From: Candidatus Binatia bacterium
GTDB lineage: Bacteria; Desulfobacterota; Binatia; HRBIN30
DNA: 64,000 nt
Assembly: GCA_038245295.1 (NCBI GenBank)
Contig: JBBRSP010000015.1
Location: forward strand, 1-64,000
Reading direction: 5' to 3'
A program made the position numbers and the translations under genes. Shown one piece after another: positions 1 through 9,402 of the stretch; within the stretch, counting starts at the first letter, position 1; each line of letters begins with the position of its first letter. The notes under the pieces are model-generated. The model was not told the origin of the DNA. It did no database searches and saw only the letters and a list, made by a program, of their open reading frames with translations.

Positions 1-32
1 AGCGGCCTCGCGCCTCACCAAGGCTAAGCGAC

Positions 33-56
33 CGCAGGCTCAAAGCCTGCGCCGAC
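33..56 (-). repeat. REP-like hairpin (GTCGG-CGCAGGC-TTTGA-GCCTGCG on minus strand), uninterrupted sister of the REP at 86-246
   Basis: Stem CGCAGGC/GCCTGCG identical to the REP at 86-246, in opposite orientation. Confidence 0.7.
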
Positions 57-85
57 CCGCTGGGTTCGTCGGCGGAAGGGAACTG

Positions 86-246
86 GTAGGCGCAGGCTTC
101 AGAGGCTGTCTCAAAACATAGGCTCACCCTTCGACGGGCTCTGGGCGAGCGGACAAAATGTCTTTGAAAATCAACCGAGCACCCGCTCAGGCTGAGCCTG
201 TCGAAGCCGGCTCCGCAAGGTTTTGAGACAGCCTCTTCAGCCTGCG
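86..246 (+). repeat. GTAG-type REP (GTAGG-CGCAGGC-TTCA-GCCTGCG) interrupted by a MITE
   Basis: GTAG at 86-89, left arm 91-97, right arm 240-246, TTCA on both sides of the insert. Confidence 0.75.
102..235. mobile_element. 134-bp MITE, copy 1 (16-bp perfect TIRs, 4-bp TTCA target duplication)
   Basis: GAGGCTGTCTCAAAAC at 102-117 and GTTTTGAGACAGCCTC at 220-235; TTCA at 98-101 and 236-239; second copy at 28501-28634. Confidence 0.85.
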
Positions 247-269
247 GAGTCGAGGATGAGCGAGAAGCG

Positions 270-305
270 AAACGGGGTGGCCCCCTAAGGAGCCACCCCG
301 TTTTT
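270..305. terminator. Intrinsic terminator hairpin, probably bidirectional
   Basis: AAACGGGGTGGC...GCCACCCCGTTTTT immediately beyond the stop of the 309-3635 gene. Confidence 0.75.
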
Positions 306-308
306 GTC

Positions 309-3300
309 TCACGAGATGCAGAGCAGGCGGAGCTTGGTCCGCTTCGATTTCGGCCCAGGGAAGGTGTTGTCCTTCGACTTTGCAGAGATCGTCAGGCGGC
401 GCTTGGCCTTATCCTTCGGCAGGGCGACGGCGATGAGGTCCATCGATATCGGAGCACTGCAGAAGCTCTTCTCGTTCGCCGCCAGCGGCAGTCCGTTTGA
501 GTAACCGAGCTCCGGGTGCTGCGGATCAAGCAGGAGGCTCAGTGCATTGTTGACCGCCACCGTATTAGCCAAGGCAAGCGGCCCGATCAGCGGCTTGTTG
601 GCCAGTGCGGTACTGACCGGCTTGATCTGAACCAAGCTGATGCCATTGCCTGGCTGCACGCACGCCATGCTCGCGTCGTCCGTGTTCAGACACATGGTTA
701 CGGACAGACGACAACGGCCGGTCGTCGGATCGCTGTCACACGTCGGGTCGTTATCTTTGCAGGTCTGGTCACGATCCGGCAGGTTGAACTTGTCATGCGG
801 ATTGTTCGGGTTGACGACGAAGAACTGCACCTGACAGCCGTACTTATCCTTTGCCGGGTTTTTCCGTTCGCCTCGGATCAGCGTGCTGTACGTGCAGTCG
901 TCCGACGAGCTCGACGGACACGAGTCGATACCCGTCGACTGATTGCCGTCATCACACTGCTCGCCGAGGTCCGGCACGCCATTGCCACAGCAATTGGGCA
1001 CGATTTCCGGCTCGCAGGCGCCGCTGTGGCAGACGTTCTTACAGAAGTTGTTGTCTGGCCCCGCACACGCGTCACCCTCGTTGCGGTACACATCCGGCGG
1101 GCACGCGGCGTTTGAGCCAGTGCAGGTCTCGGGGAAATCACAGAATTCGACACCCGGGCGGCAGACAAAACCGCTCGGACGGAACGTATCGGCAGGACAG
1201 ATCTTGCTGCTGCCATCGCAAGATTCGGCCACGTCGCAGAGGCCTGCCGAGGCACGACAGCTCGCACCGCTCGGCTGGATCGAATCGGTCGGACAATCAT
1301 TGCCGCTACCGTCGCACGACTCGGCAAGGTCACAGTCGCCGCCGGCGGGACGGCACACGCCACTCAGCTTGGCATCGGGCGGGCAAGCCTTGGTGGTACC
1401 ATTGCAGTAGTCGACGGCATCACAGACACCGGCGGCGTTGCGACACGGCGTCGTATCCGGGGCAACGATGTCGTTGGGACACGTATTGTCGACGCCATTA
1501 CAGTTTTCGGCCAGGTCACAAAGACCACTGGCCGCCCGGCAGGTCGTCGTATCGGGCTCGACGGCATCGTTCGGGCATTCATCGGAAGCGCCGTCACAGA
1601 AATCCGGCAGGTCACAGGCGCCGACATCGGCACGGCAGAGGAAGCTGGTCGGACGCTTCGCATCGCCGGGGCAATCCGGTGCACCGCCGGTGCAGCTTTC
1701 GGCGACGTCACAAACCCCGGCGGCCGACCGACAGGGTGTCGTGCTGGGCTGGAATCCATCGACAGGACACTGAGAGCTCACACCGTCGCAATTCTCGGCG
1801 ACGTCGCAGGTACCATTGAGGCCGCGGCACTCGATGCCGGCGGATTTGACGACGTCGGTCGGACACTGATTCGTACCGACACAGAACTCCGACACGTCGC
1901 AATCACCGGCCGGGGCGCGACAGAGAGTGCCGATGGGCTGAATCGCGTCGGCCGGACATGCGGCGGAGTTGCCGACGCAGGTCTCGGAGATATCGCAGGC
2001 GCTGACCACCCCGCGGCAAACAAAGCCCATGGGTCGGAAGCCATCGTTCGGACAGTTTGCATTGCCGCCTGTGCAGTTCTCGACGACGTCACAGCCGCCG
2101 GCCGACACACGACAAACAAAACTCGTCGGTTGGAAGGCGTCGGGAGGGCAAACCTTTGAGCTACCGGTGCAGGTTTCCGCCACGTCACAAATGGCGGCGG
2201 CGGCGCGGCAAACGAAATTCGCCGGCTGATTGATGTCGGTCGGACACGGGGCACTGCTGCCCGTACAATTCTCCGGCTTGTCGCACAGATCGGCAGCGGC
2301 GCGACAGACAACGCTACTCGGTTGGAAGCTGTTGGTAGGACAAGTGTTGGTGGTTCCGGTGCAGTTCTCGGCCACGTCGCAGAGGCCTTGCGAAGCGCGG
2401 CAAACGACACTGCTCGGCACCTTGGCGTCGGCAGGACAAACTGGGCTCGAGCCGGTGCAGAACTCGCCGACATCGCAATCATCGCCCGGGTTGACGCCGC
2501 GGCAGGTGACCGCTGAGCTAGCAACCTGATCGACGCCGCAATCCTGACTCACTCCGTCACAGAGGTCGGCGACGTCGCACACCCCCTGCGAGGGCCGGCA
2601 GGTCACGCCCGTCGGTTGCGTCGGGTGCGTGCAGTTGTTGGAAGAACCATCGCAGATGTCTTTCGTGCAGGCGTGAACGTCCGTAGTACAGGCGGTGTTC
2701 ACTGGTTTCTTGGCGTCCGTCGAACACGCTCCCGCCGCCCCAGAACAAACATCAACCTGGTCGCATTCGCCGGCCGCAACGCGACAGGTCGTGCCCGAAG
2801 TCACGAAGGTACAGTTTGCGGTGCAGCAAGAAGTGGAGGTGCCGTTCGCCGCACCCTGGTCGCACTGTTCACCGACCGTAGCGTCGACGGCTCCATTGCC
2901 GCAGAGTGATACGAACGTCACTGTAACGAAGTGTCCGTCGGTAGACTGCGTCCGACCGGGAGTACCTGGGTAGACACACGAGTCACAGCCGCTCGTTGTA
3001 TTGTTCCCGTCACCGATACGTACCGACGCTTCGCACGAATTGCTGCGTACGCTGCTCGTCCACGTAAAGGCAAGGTTGTGGGTGCGCGTGGCGTTGTTGC
3101 TGACGTCGAAGACGTGGAAGCTGGCGCTCAGACCAAACCCTTGAAATGAATCGCCGCCACCGTTGCCGACATCGGGTGTTCCGGTAACGTTGAGAGTGCC
3201 CGTGGTGGAATTAACGGCAGATCCCGTGCGCGACCCGGTGATGCCGCTGAGATGAGCCTGCCCATCACAACCCGAGACGTCGCTGCTGCGCTCGACGATC

Positions 3301-3635
3301 CCGTTGAAATCTTGATCGATATCCAGTCGATATCCACCCGGGGTGTTCACATTGAAGCTAAGGTTGTGACGCGCCGTACCGCCCTGATCTTGCGTGCTGC
3401 TGGCACCGACGTCGGCGTTGGTCGTCCACGCGTAGCGGCTGATGACCTGGGTCGCTGTGTTCGCGTTGAGGCCCTGCGAGTGGCCGCAATAGCTATTGCC
3501 GTCGCTGCCGGCGTCACAAGATCCCGTATCGGATCCGCTGGCGGCCGAAAGGCCAACCGCAAAAGTCGGCAGCGAACGAGCTGCGACCAGGGTCAGAACC
3601 AGACACACCTGCAACCAAAGCCGAACCCGTCTCAT
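309..3635 (-). CDS. Secreted Cys-rich protein: signal peptide, ~18 tandem disintegrin-like repeats, two CGNG..GEQCD motifs (Myxococcus Cys-rich/DUF4215-like), C-terminal Cys domain
   Basis: 1108-aa ORF; repeat CRxxxxxCDxxExCxGxxxxCPxD; hydrophobic N-terminus. Confidence 0.85.
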   Translation of the reverse strand: MRRVRLWLQVCLVLTLVAARSLPTFAVGLSAASGSDTGSCDAGSDGNSYCGHSQGLNANTATQVISRYAWTTNADVGASSTQDQGGTARHNLSFNVNTPGGYRLDIDQDFNGIVERSSDVSGCDGQAHLSGITGSRTGSAVNSTTGTLNVTGTPDVGNGGGDSFQGFGLSASFHVFDVSNNATRTHNLAFTWTSSVRSNSCEASVRIGDGNNTTSGCDSCVYPGTPGRTQSTDGHFVTVTFVSLCGNGAVDATVGEQCDQGAANGTSTSCCTANCTFVTSGTTCRVAAGECDQVDVCSGAAGACSTDAKKPVNTACTTDVHACTKDICDGSSNNCTHPTQPTGVTCRPSQGVCDVADLCDGVSQDCGVDQVASSAVTCRGVNPGDDCDVGEFCTGSSPVCPADAKVPSSVVCRASQGLCDVAENCTGTTNTCPTNSFQPSSVVCRAAADLCDKPENCTGSSAPCPTDINQPANFVCRAAAAICDVAETCTGSSKVCPPDAFQPTSFVCRVSAGGCDVVENCTGGNANCPNDGFRPMGFVCRGVVSACDISETCVGNSAACPADAIQPIGTLCRAPAGDCDVSEFCVGTNQCPTDVVKSAGIECRGLNGTCDVAENCDGVSSQCPVDGFQPSTTPCRSAAGVCDVAESCTGGAPDCPGDAKRPTSFLCRADVGACDLPDFCDGASDECPNDAVEPDTTTCRAASGLCDLAENCNGVDNTCPNDIVAPDTTPCRNAAGVCDAVDYCNGTTKACPPDAKLSGVCRPAGGDCDLAESCDGSGNDCPTDSIQPSGASCRASAGLCDVAESCDGSSKICPADTFRPSGFVCRPGVEFCDFPETCTGSNAACPPDVYRNEGDACAGPDNNFCKNVCHSGACEPEIVPNCCGNGVPDLGEQCDDGNQSTGIDSCPSSSSDDCTYSTLIRGERKNPAKDKYGCQVQFFVVNPNNPHDKFNLPDRDQTCKDNDPTCDSDPTTGRCRLSVTMCLNTDDASMACVQPGNGISLVQIKPVSTALANKPLIGPLALANTVAVNNALSLLLDPQHPELGYSNGLPLAANEKSFCSAPISMDLIAVALPKDKAKRRLTISAKSKDNTFPGPKSKRTKLRLLCIS

Positions 3636-3760
3636 CTAGAACCCCCTCGCCTATTGTTCATACCCGCCTATCAACATTCGGAATGGAACGAGATCGCCTG
3701 ACCGCATTCCCACCGAATCAGCCACCGTTGCTCAGTCAATGCAACGTTTTAACACGGGTG

Positions 3761-3777
3761 ATTGACGCAATGTCAAT
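3761..3777. promoter_or_regulatory. Possible regulator site (dyad ATTGAC-N5-GTCAAT) upstream of the Cys-rich gene
   Basis: Perfect 6-bp inverted repeat in an AT-richer intergenic stretch; contains TTGACA on the minus strand. Confidence 0.3.
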
Positions 3778-3848
3778 GGAATATTCCCTCGGCGGATGTT
3801 TTGTCCGCCACGCCGTGGCGCAAGGGAGCACGGGAAAACCTGGCAGCG

Positions 3849-4334
3849 TTAGAACGGCCAGCGCGCCGGTGGTGCTGCGAGGAGGGCACTACGGAGTCGA
3901 CCACCGTCGAAGTAGGCATCGATCCGAGATATGCGGTCGCCCGAAAGCTCGAGCCAATAGACCCCTGCCAGCCCTTCTCCCGCCGCTTCGCCGTAGCCAT
4001 GCAACACCCATTCAACGACGATCGTTCTGTCCGAACCGGTGGCCCGCACGAAGTCCCAACGCAACTGCGGCAAGGCCCGCCATAACAGTCTGAAATAATA
4101 GCCGAGCTTGATGCGGTCGTCCGTGGTCGGGTGCAACGGTTGCGCATAACTGGCATCGGTATACCGCGCGTCGCTGCTCAAGAGCGGCTCGACCATGTCG
4201 AAGTGGTGTTGGTTCAGCGACCACAGCAACGCCCGCCCCCAGCGCTCGGCGTTCACCGGGGCCGGGCTCGGCCCGCACCCGGCCCCCGTCCAGGTGCAAC
4301 ACGCCAGCAAGAGAATCAGAGATACGCGGACCAT
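3849..4334 (-). CDS. NTF2/SnoaL-like putative lipoprotein
   Basis: GAGC lipobox-like; LLSSDARYTD, IVVEW, ISRIDAYFD pattern; paralog at 16159-16620. Confidence 0.7.
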   Translation of the reverse strand: MVRVSLILLLACCTWTGAGCGPSPAPVNAERWGRALLWSLNQHHFDMVEPLLSSDARYTDASYAQPLHPTTDDRIKLGYYFRLLWRALPQLRWDFVRATGSDRTIVVEWVLHGYGEAAGEGLAGVYWLELSGDRISRIDAYFDGGRLRSALLAAPPARWPF

Positions 4335-5404
4335 TTTCGTGCCGCGAGGGCTTCGGTGACGCGTCGAACATCCTGGGCGCGATCACGCGCACAGACGAGA
4401 ATCGCATCGCCGCTATCGACCACGATCAGGTTGTCGACGCCGACCAGGGCGACCAATCGGTTAGGGCTGAACACAATACTGCGCCGTGCCTCAACCTCGA
4501 TCACCCGCCCCACCGCGGTCGTGCCATGAGCATCGGTACTCCACACATCCGGCAATGCCGCCCAGCTACCAAGATCGCTCCATTCGAATTGCGCCGGAAC
4601 AACGGCGACGCGCCCTGCCCCACTGCGCAATCGACTCTGCGGTTCCATCAGGCCCGTGTCGATGGCGACCGCGGTGATCGATTCGTAGGCGCGCCGCAAT
4701 TGCGCCGACGACCGCACCGTTGCCAGGCTCGCGACGAGTCGCGGTTGCAAGCGATGCGTCGCCGCCATGAATACGTTCTTGCGCCAAACGAAGACGCCGG
4801 CATTCCAAAGAAAGCGTCCGCTGCGGACGTAGCGCTCGGCGGCGGCGCGATTGGGCTTTTCATGGAAACACTTCACCCAGGACGCCGCATCGTCGAGGCG
4901 CTTGCCAAGCTCGATGTATCCGTACCCCGTCTCCGCCTGGCGCGGCGTGATACCGATCGTCACCAACGCGTCATCACGCTGCGCGATCGTACACGCCAGC
5001 TTGGCGGTGCGCCGGAATGCGGCGGCGTCCGGGATGCTGTGATCCGCCGGGGCCAGGATCATCAGCGCATCTTCCTCGGCGGCACCGATGCGTTGTGCGG
5101 CCAACACGGCGCACGGCAAGGTACTGCGGCCAAGGGGTTCGACGATGACCTGGCGGCGCGACAATCGCGGCAGTTGCCGCCGAACCTCGGCAGCCTGCGC
5201 CGCATTGGTAACGACGAGGATCTGCGGCCAACCGACCAGCGGCGCCAAACGTGCGGCCGTCGCTTGCAGCATGCTGCGCCGTCCGGACAAGCGCAGCAAC
5301 TGCTTCGGCATGCGCTGGCGGCTGAGCGGCCAGAAGCGCGTGCCGGTGCCCCCCGCCATGATGACGGCGTAGCGTTTCAATGCGAGTTGAGGGGCCGGTG
5401 ACAT
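4316..5404 (-). CDS. manC: Mannose-1-phosphate guanylyltransferase
   Basis: VIMAGGTGTRFWPLSR..PKQ, ETGYGYIE, FHEKP, WSDLGSW; start moved to ATG 5404. Confidence 0.92.
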   Translation of the reverse strand: MSPAPQLALKRYAVIMAGGTGTRFWPLSRQRMPKQLLRLSGRRSMLQATAARLAPLVGWPQILVVTNAAQAAEVRRQLPRLSRRQVIVEPLGRSTLPCAVLAAQRIGAAEEDALMILAPADHSIPDAAAFRRTAKLACTIAQRDDALVTIGITPRQAETGYGYIELGKRLDDAASWVKCFHEKPNRAAAERYVRSGRFLWNAGVFVWRKNVFMAATHRLQPRLVASLATVRSSAQLRRAYESITAVAIDTGLMEPQSRLRSGAGRVAVVPAQFEWSDLGSWAALPDVWSTDAHGTTAVGRVIEVEARRSIVFSPNRLVALVGVDNLIVVDSGDAILVCARDRAQDVRRVTEALAARKWSAYL

Positions 5405-5519
5405 CGAGCGCTTGTCTGGTTGAGGTGACGGGGAAATGCAAGGGAGGCTGGTGGGGCGGAGTCGGGTCATTTCAACTGAGTGCCCATGAGCCCGGCGCCC
5501 CCGTGTGTTGGAGACCAAG

Positions 5520-5674
5520 CTCCCCCTCTCTCACTTCGAACGGATTGTCTGATCGGTGGGAGAGGGTCGGGGTGAGGGTGAGGGCTCGCGGCTGGGCTTG
5601 CTGGATCCGCAGGCCGACCCTCACCCTAGCCCTCTCCCACGGTCTGGTTTCTCATTCACGGTGGGAGAGGGGAG
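5520..5674. repeat. Inverted pair of CCCTCACCCTAGCCCTCTCCC...GGGAGAGGGG palindromic units (BoxC-like intergenic repeat)
   Basis: Unit ~5520-5579 and its inverted counterpart ~5617-5674, each with an internal CCCTCTC.CAC/GTGGGAGAGGG stem. Confidence 0.7.
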
Positions 5675-5807
5675 TTTTGGGATTCCACAACTTCTTCCAG
5701 TAAATGATACAACTACCGGTGCGACCGTCGGTAGACGCTGGTCGGTAGAGGATAGTATGAGGTGCCGCATCATGAAGAGTTTCGCCTCGGCGACCACCAT
5801 CTGACCC

Positions 5808-6647
5808 ATGCATTGCCTCGTCTTCGATATCGACAATACCCTCACTCCGCCGCGCCGGGCCATCGAGGCACCGATGATCGACGCCTTGCAGCGACTGCAG
5901 GTGCCGTTTCACCTCGCGGCCGGCAGTGACCTCCCCCTGGTGCGCCAGCAACTCGTCGAGCCGCTGCACGAGGGCGGGTTCCGGGGCCGCTTTGATGCCT
6001 TCGTTTGTAACGGCGCGCAGCGCTACCGCTGCCGCATGACGGACGTGGCCGAGCTGGAGCTCATTGAGGGATTCGACCTTCCTGCCCACCTCGGCAGCGA
6101 TGGCTTCGATGAGCTGATGCGTGTGCTCGAGGCCGTCTTGAAGAGTCAGGGGTTCAGCCTCGACGGCGCCGGAGTCACCGTGAGCGGGCCACAAATTGTC
6201 CACCGTGGCTCGATGCTCAACTTCGCACCCATCGGCCGTCCGCCCACCATGGATGAGGACGCCTATCGCAACCGCGCTGCCTTCGAGACCTTCGACCGTG
6301 CCACGCACTACCGGTCGCGCCTGCTGCGACATCTGGATCAGGCGCTGGAGGGCTTACGTCGGACGAAGGACTTGCGCATCACACTCGGCGGACAGACGTC
6401 CTTTGATGTCGTCGTTCGCGACAAGGACAAACGCAACTCCGTTCGCTCACTCCTCGCCGAAGGTTTCGAGCGCGTCACCTACTTCGGTGATGCGTTGCAC
6501 GACGGCGGCAATGACGCGGCGATCCTGGAGTTCATCGGCGAATGGCCCGGTCCTGGTTCGGCGCCGGTGGAAGCCGTACCGGTGTGCACCTGGCACGACA
6601 CACTGGAGCAGCTGCATCGACGGCAGCTGCTGCGGCCAACGATCTGA
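5808..6647 (+). CDS. Phosphomannomutase, eukaryote-type (HAD IIB, PMM2/SEC53-like)
   Basis: FDIDNTLTPPR, AGSDL, RGSMLNFAPIGR, GGQTSFDV, YFGD...GGND match PMM2/SEC53 motifs; divergent from manC. Confidence 0.85.
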   Translation: MHCLVFDIDNTLTPPRRAIEAPMIDALQRLQVPFHLAAGSDLPLVRQQLVEPLHEGGFRGRFDAFVCNGAQRYRCRMTDVAELELIEGFDLPAHLGSDGFDELMRVLEAVLKSQGFSLDGAGVTVSGPQIVHRGSMLNFAPIGRPPTMDEDAYRNRAAFETFDRATHYRSRLLRHLDQALEGLRRTKDLRITLGGQTSFDVVVRDKDKRNSVRSLLAEGFERVTYFGDALHDGGNDAAILEFIGEWPGPGSAPVEAVPVCTWHDTLEQLHRRQLLRPTI

Positions 6648-6717
6648 TCGCGCCGTTGCCACAGGCGGAGTGCTCCGCGCGGCAGCGGCCGGCCGCCGCT
6701 ACCACGCGCGCCGATCA

Positions 6718-7212
6718 TCACGGCATCGAGTACAGAACCTCCGCTGCTGAGAAGCAAACCTGCGGTCCGCTCAACATGACATGCAACGTAAAGGTAGTGT
6801 CACCAACCGGTTGGGCCAGCGGCTCCGATTCGATCCACTGCGTCTCGGCGAGACCGTCGCGCGACGGTGCCGTGAATGCAATCAGCATCGGCCCAGCCGC
6901 CGCCGTCTGATCGAAGAGCGACAAGACGGCAAAGGAATTTACGTTGCGATCGATAACCCGAGCCCGGATAGAGCGCACCACCGCACCGGGCGGCAACATC
7001 GCCGTTGCCAAGAAATACCCCGACCCGCCGATGGTGCATAACTCGCCGAGCCCGCCGGCGGCGACGAAGTAGCGCAGCTCACGACTAGCCGGGTTGAACG
7101 CCGAGGCGGGGATAATCAGCTTCTGCACCGGCGCCGCATCGGACGAAGCGGCGCCTGCTACGTTCGTCCATGCCGTAACCAGAGATAGGATGAGGATCGC
7201 GTACGACTTCAT
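6718..7212 (-). CDS. Hypothetical secreted protein
   Basis: 164-aa ORF with signal peptide (MKSYAILILSLVTAWTNVAGA), co-directional with upstream genes. Confidence 0.65.
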   Translation of the reverse strand: MKSYAILILSLVTAWTNVAGAASSDAAPVQKLIIPASAFNPASRELRYFVAAGGLGELCTIGGSGYFLATAMLPPGAVVRSIRARVIDRNVNSFAVLSLFDQTAAAGPMLIAFTAPSRDGLAETQWIESEPLAQPVGDTTFTLHVMLSGPQVCFSAAEVLYSMP

Positions 7213-7271
7213 GGACCGCTGCTTGTATCAGGATTACCATCCTGACTGCGAGGCATTTGATCTTCGGTGGT

Positions 7272-7337
7272 CCCGCGCCCGCGCCCGTGCCCACGCCCGC
7301 CATCGGAGCTTGCCACGGGCGGGGGCGCGGGCGGGGG
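7272..7337. repeat. GC-rich hexamer inverted repeat (CCCGCG)n...(CGGGCG)n
   Basis: Arms 7272-7300 and 7316-7337, directly after the sulfatase-like stop codon. Confidence 0.6.
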
Positions 7338-9182
7338 TTAGTCGGCGTAACCCAACGAACGCAGTCTCTCGCGCGTTGCCGCGTCGATGTTTGGCTTGGT
7401 TTCAGGCGCCGTCGCCGTCTTGCCTTCACGGTAAGCACGCACCAGATTCTCTAGGGCCGATTTGTCGGCGGGGCGTGATTCGGCCACATCGACCTTCTCG
7501 TCGGGGTCGCTGGCCAGATCATAGAGACGCGTGAAGGCCGGCTGCATCGATGAAATTAAGCGCATTCCGTTGTGGCGCACGGCCACTTGATCGAGACGGC
7601 AATCGGACCCCAGCTTGAGGCGCTCACATTCACCCCAGGCCGACTGCAACTCCGAAAAGCCCGGGCGTTCGGCGAACGGCGCGGCGCCCGTGAGCGTGGC
7701 GGCGAGAGATCGTCCGTCAACGCCCTCCCCAAACGACGCGCCAGCCAACTCGGCCAAGGTCGGCGCCACGTCGATGAGCTCGACCGGCGTCTTGATCCGC
7801 GCTGCGGTAGTGTGTCCCGGCCAGTCGAAGGCCAGGGGCACATGCAACGCATTGGCGTACAAAGTTTCGCCGTGTCCGAGCTTTCCATGTTCACCGAATT
7901 CTTCCCCATGGTCCGACGTGAGGACCACCAGTGTGTCGCGCGGCGGCGCCGCCTCACGGATCGCCGCCAACAAGGTCGCAAGCTGCCGATCGGCGTAGTT
8001 GATCTCGCCACCGTAGAGCGCCCCCAGATGATGCAAAGCGTTCGGCGGCACCGGAAACTCCCCCTTATTGAAGGCCAACTCGACGATCCGCCCGCCGTAG
8101 CTGTCCTTGAACGGTCCGTCGTATCCCGGGTCGATACGCTCGGCCATCTCGTGTGCCTGGCGGTCGCGTAGCGTGTACGGCGTGTGCACCTCATACGTAT
8201 GGACGAAGAGAAAGAAGCGCGACCGCGCACCATAACGCCGCAGCCAGCCTGCGGCGTGATCGAAGGTCACACTGGCATCACCGCTAAAGTCCTCGGCAAA
8301 CGTCGGCGCACCGTTGTCGAATGCATCAAAGCCTTTGTCGAAGCCGAACTCGGAGCCAACATACGCGTCTTCGGTGAATGCCGCGGTTGTATAGCCGACG
8401 TCGGCGAGCGCCGTCGCCAGCGTCCGGCTGCGCACCTCGGGCGTCGTCGCGTAAACACCGTGGTGACGCGGGTACAAACCGGTGAACAACGAGGCATGCG
8501 ACACAAGTGTATTGGGGTATTGCGCGTAGGTGTTGTCGAAGGTCACCGATTGGTTGAGGAAACGATCGATGTTCGGGCTCACACCCGGCGTACCGCCGCA
8601 CGCCGACAGGTGGGCCGTCGACAACGTATCGATAAGCACGACGACGATGTTCGGGCCACCGCTATCTTGCTCGGGACCAAACACGGCAATGCCGCCCCAA
8701 TAGAAAGGCGCGTCAGCCGGAGCGGCGCCGCTAATCTCGAAACGCAACTGCGTCGACGCCGCACCGCCAAGCTCAATCAGCTGGTCGCCCCACTCGTCTT
8801 TTTTCGCCGCCGCCTCGAACAGGGGAACCCACTCGTCGGCGGAACGCCGCGTGACACGGAATTTTGCCTGCGGAGCATCGGCGGTGGTGCCGAAACTGAA
8901 CGCCACACGCATAGCGCCTGCAACCACGGGAACCGTAAACGAGGCGCCGGCGGCGACCTTGACCGCCTGGCGCGTCGCCGAACCGACACGCACGCGCTTT
9001 GTCTCGAGGGCGGGAGTTGTGGCCAAGGGCGGCGAACCGCCCAGGCGCGCCAGAACCAGGTCGCGCCGGCTCGCCGGAACCACCGCCGAGGGCACCTTCA
9101 GGCGGCCGAAGCGCTGCGCAAAGAACGCCAGGCCTACTGCCGCGACCACAGCAGCAAGAATCGCGAGGCTGCGCCGGCTCAT
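7338..9182 (-). CDS. Membrane-anchored sulfatase-fold (alkaline phosphatase superfamily) protein, Thr in place of the Cys/Ser nucleophile
   Basis: PNIVVVLIDTL, PNTLVSHASLFTG, HTYEVHTPY, TSDHGEEF, HVPL, C-terminal LRSLGY; ATG overlaps upstream TGA. Confidence 0.88.
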   Translation of the reverse strand: MSRRSLAILAAVVAAVGLAFFAQRFGRLKVPSAVVPASRRDLVLARLGGSPPLATTPALETKRVRVGSATRQAVKVAAGASFTVPVVAGAMRVAFSFGTTADAPQAKFRVTRRSADEWVPLFEAAAKKDEWGDQLIELGGAASTQLRFEISGAAPADAPFYWGGIAVFGPEQDSGGPNIVVVLIDTLSTAHLSACGGTPGVSPNIDRFLNQSVTFDNTYAQYPNTLVSHASLFTGLYPRHHGVYATTPEVRSRTLATALADVGYTTAAFTEDAYVGSEFGFDKGFDAFDNGAPTFAEDFSGDASVTFDHAAGWLRRYGARSRFFLFVHTYEVHTPYTLRDRQAHEMAERIDPGYDGPFKDSYGGRIVELAFNKGEFPVPPNALHHLGALYGGEINYADRQLATLLAAIREAAPPRDTLVVLTSDHGEEFGEHGKLGHGETLYANALHVPLAFDWPGHTTAARIKTPVELIDVAPTLAELAGASFGEGVDGRSLAATLTGAAPFAERPGFSELQSAWGECERLKLGSDCRLDQVAVRHNGMRLISSMQPAFTRLYDLASDPDEKVDVAESRPADKSALENLVRAYREGKTATAPETKPNIDAATRERLRSLGYAD

Positions 9183-9310
9183 CAAAATTCCGTGTAGATG
9201 AACTTCAGCGGCTCTTCCGGAGCAAACACAACACAGGCGAGGATCAACAACACATAGAACAGCACGCGCAGCGATTCGAGCGTTATCGTCCGGAGCGGCA
9301 GCTTACTCAT
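9182..9310 (-). CDS. 42-aa single-TM peptide with C-terminal FIYTEF (DltX/PatC-like acyl-shuttle peptide); not in the ORF track
   Basis: Manual translation MSKLPLRTITLESLRVLFYVLLILACVVFAPEEPLKFIYTEF*; GGAGAG immediately upstream; TGATG overlap with next gene. Confidence 0.85.
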   Translation of the reverse strand: MSKLPLRTITLESLRVLFYVLLILACVVFAPEEPLKFIYTEF

Positions 9311-9402
9311 CTCTCCAACCTATGCAGATTTTCGCGGGCCACGGCAACTGCGTCGGTGAAATCGCTACCGCGCTGCCGCGCCCGCCAAGGCCGCGAACCG
9401 CC

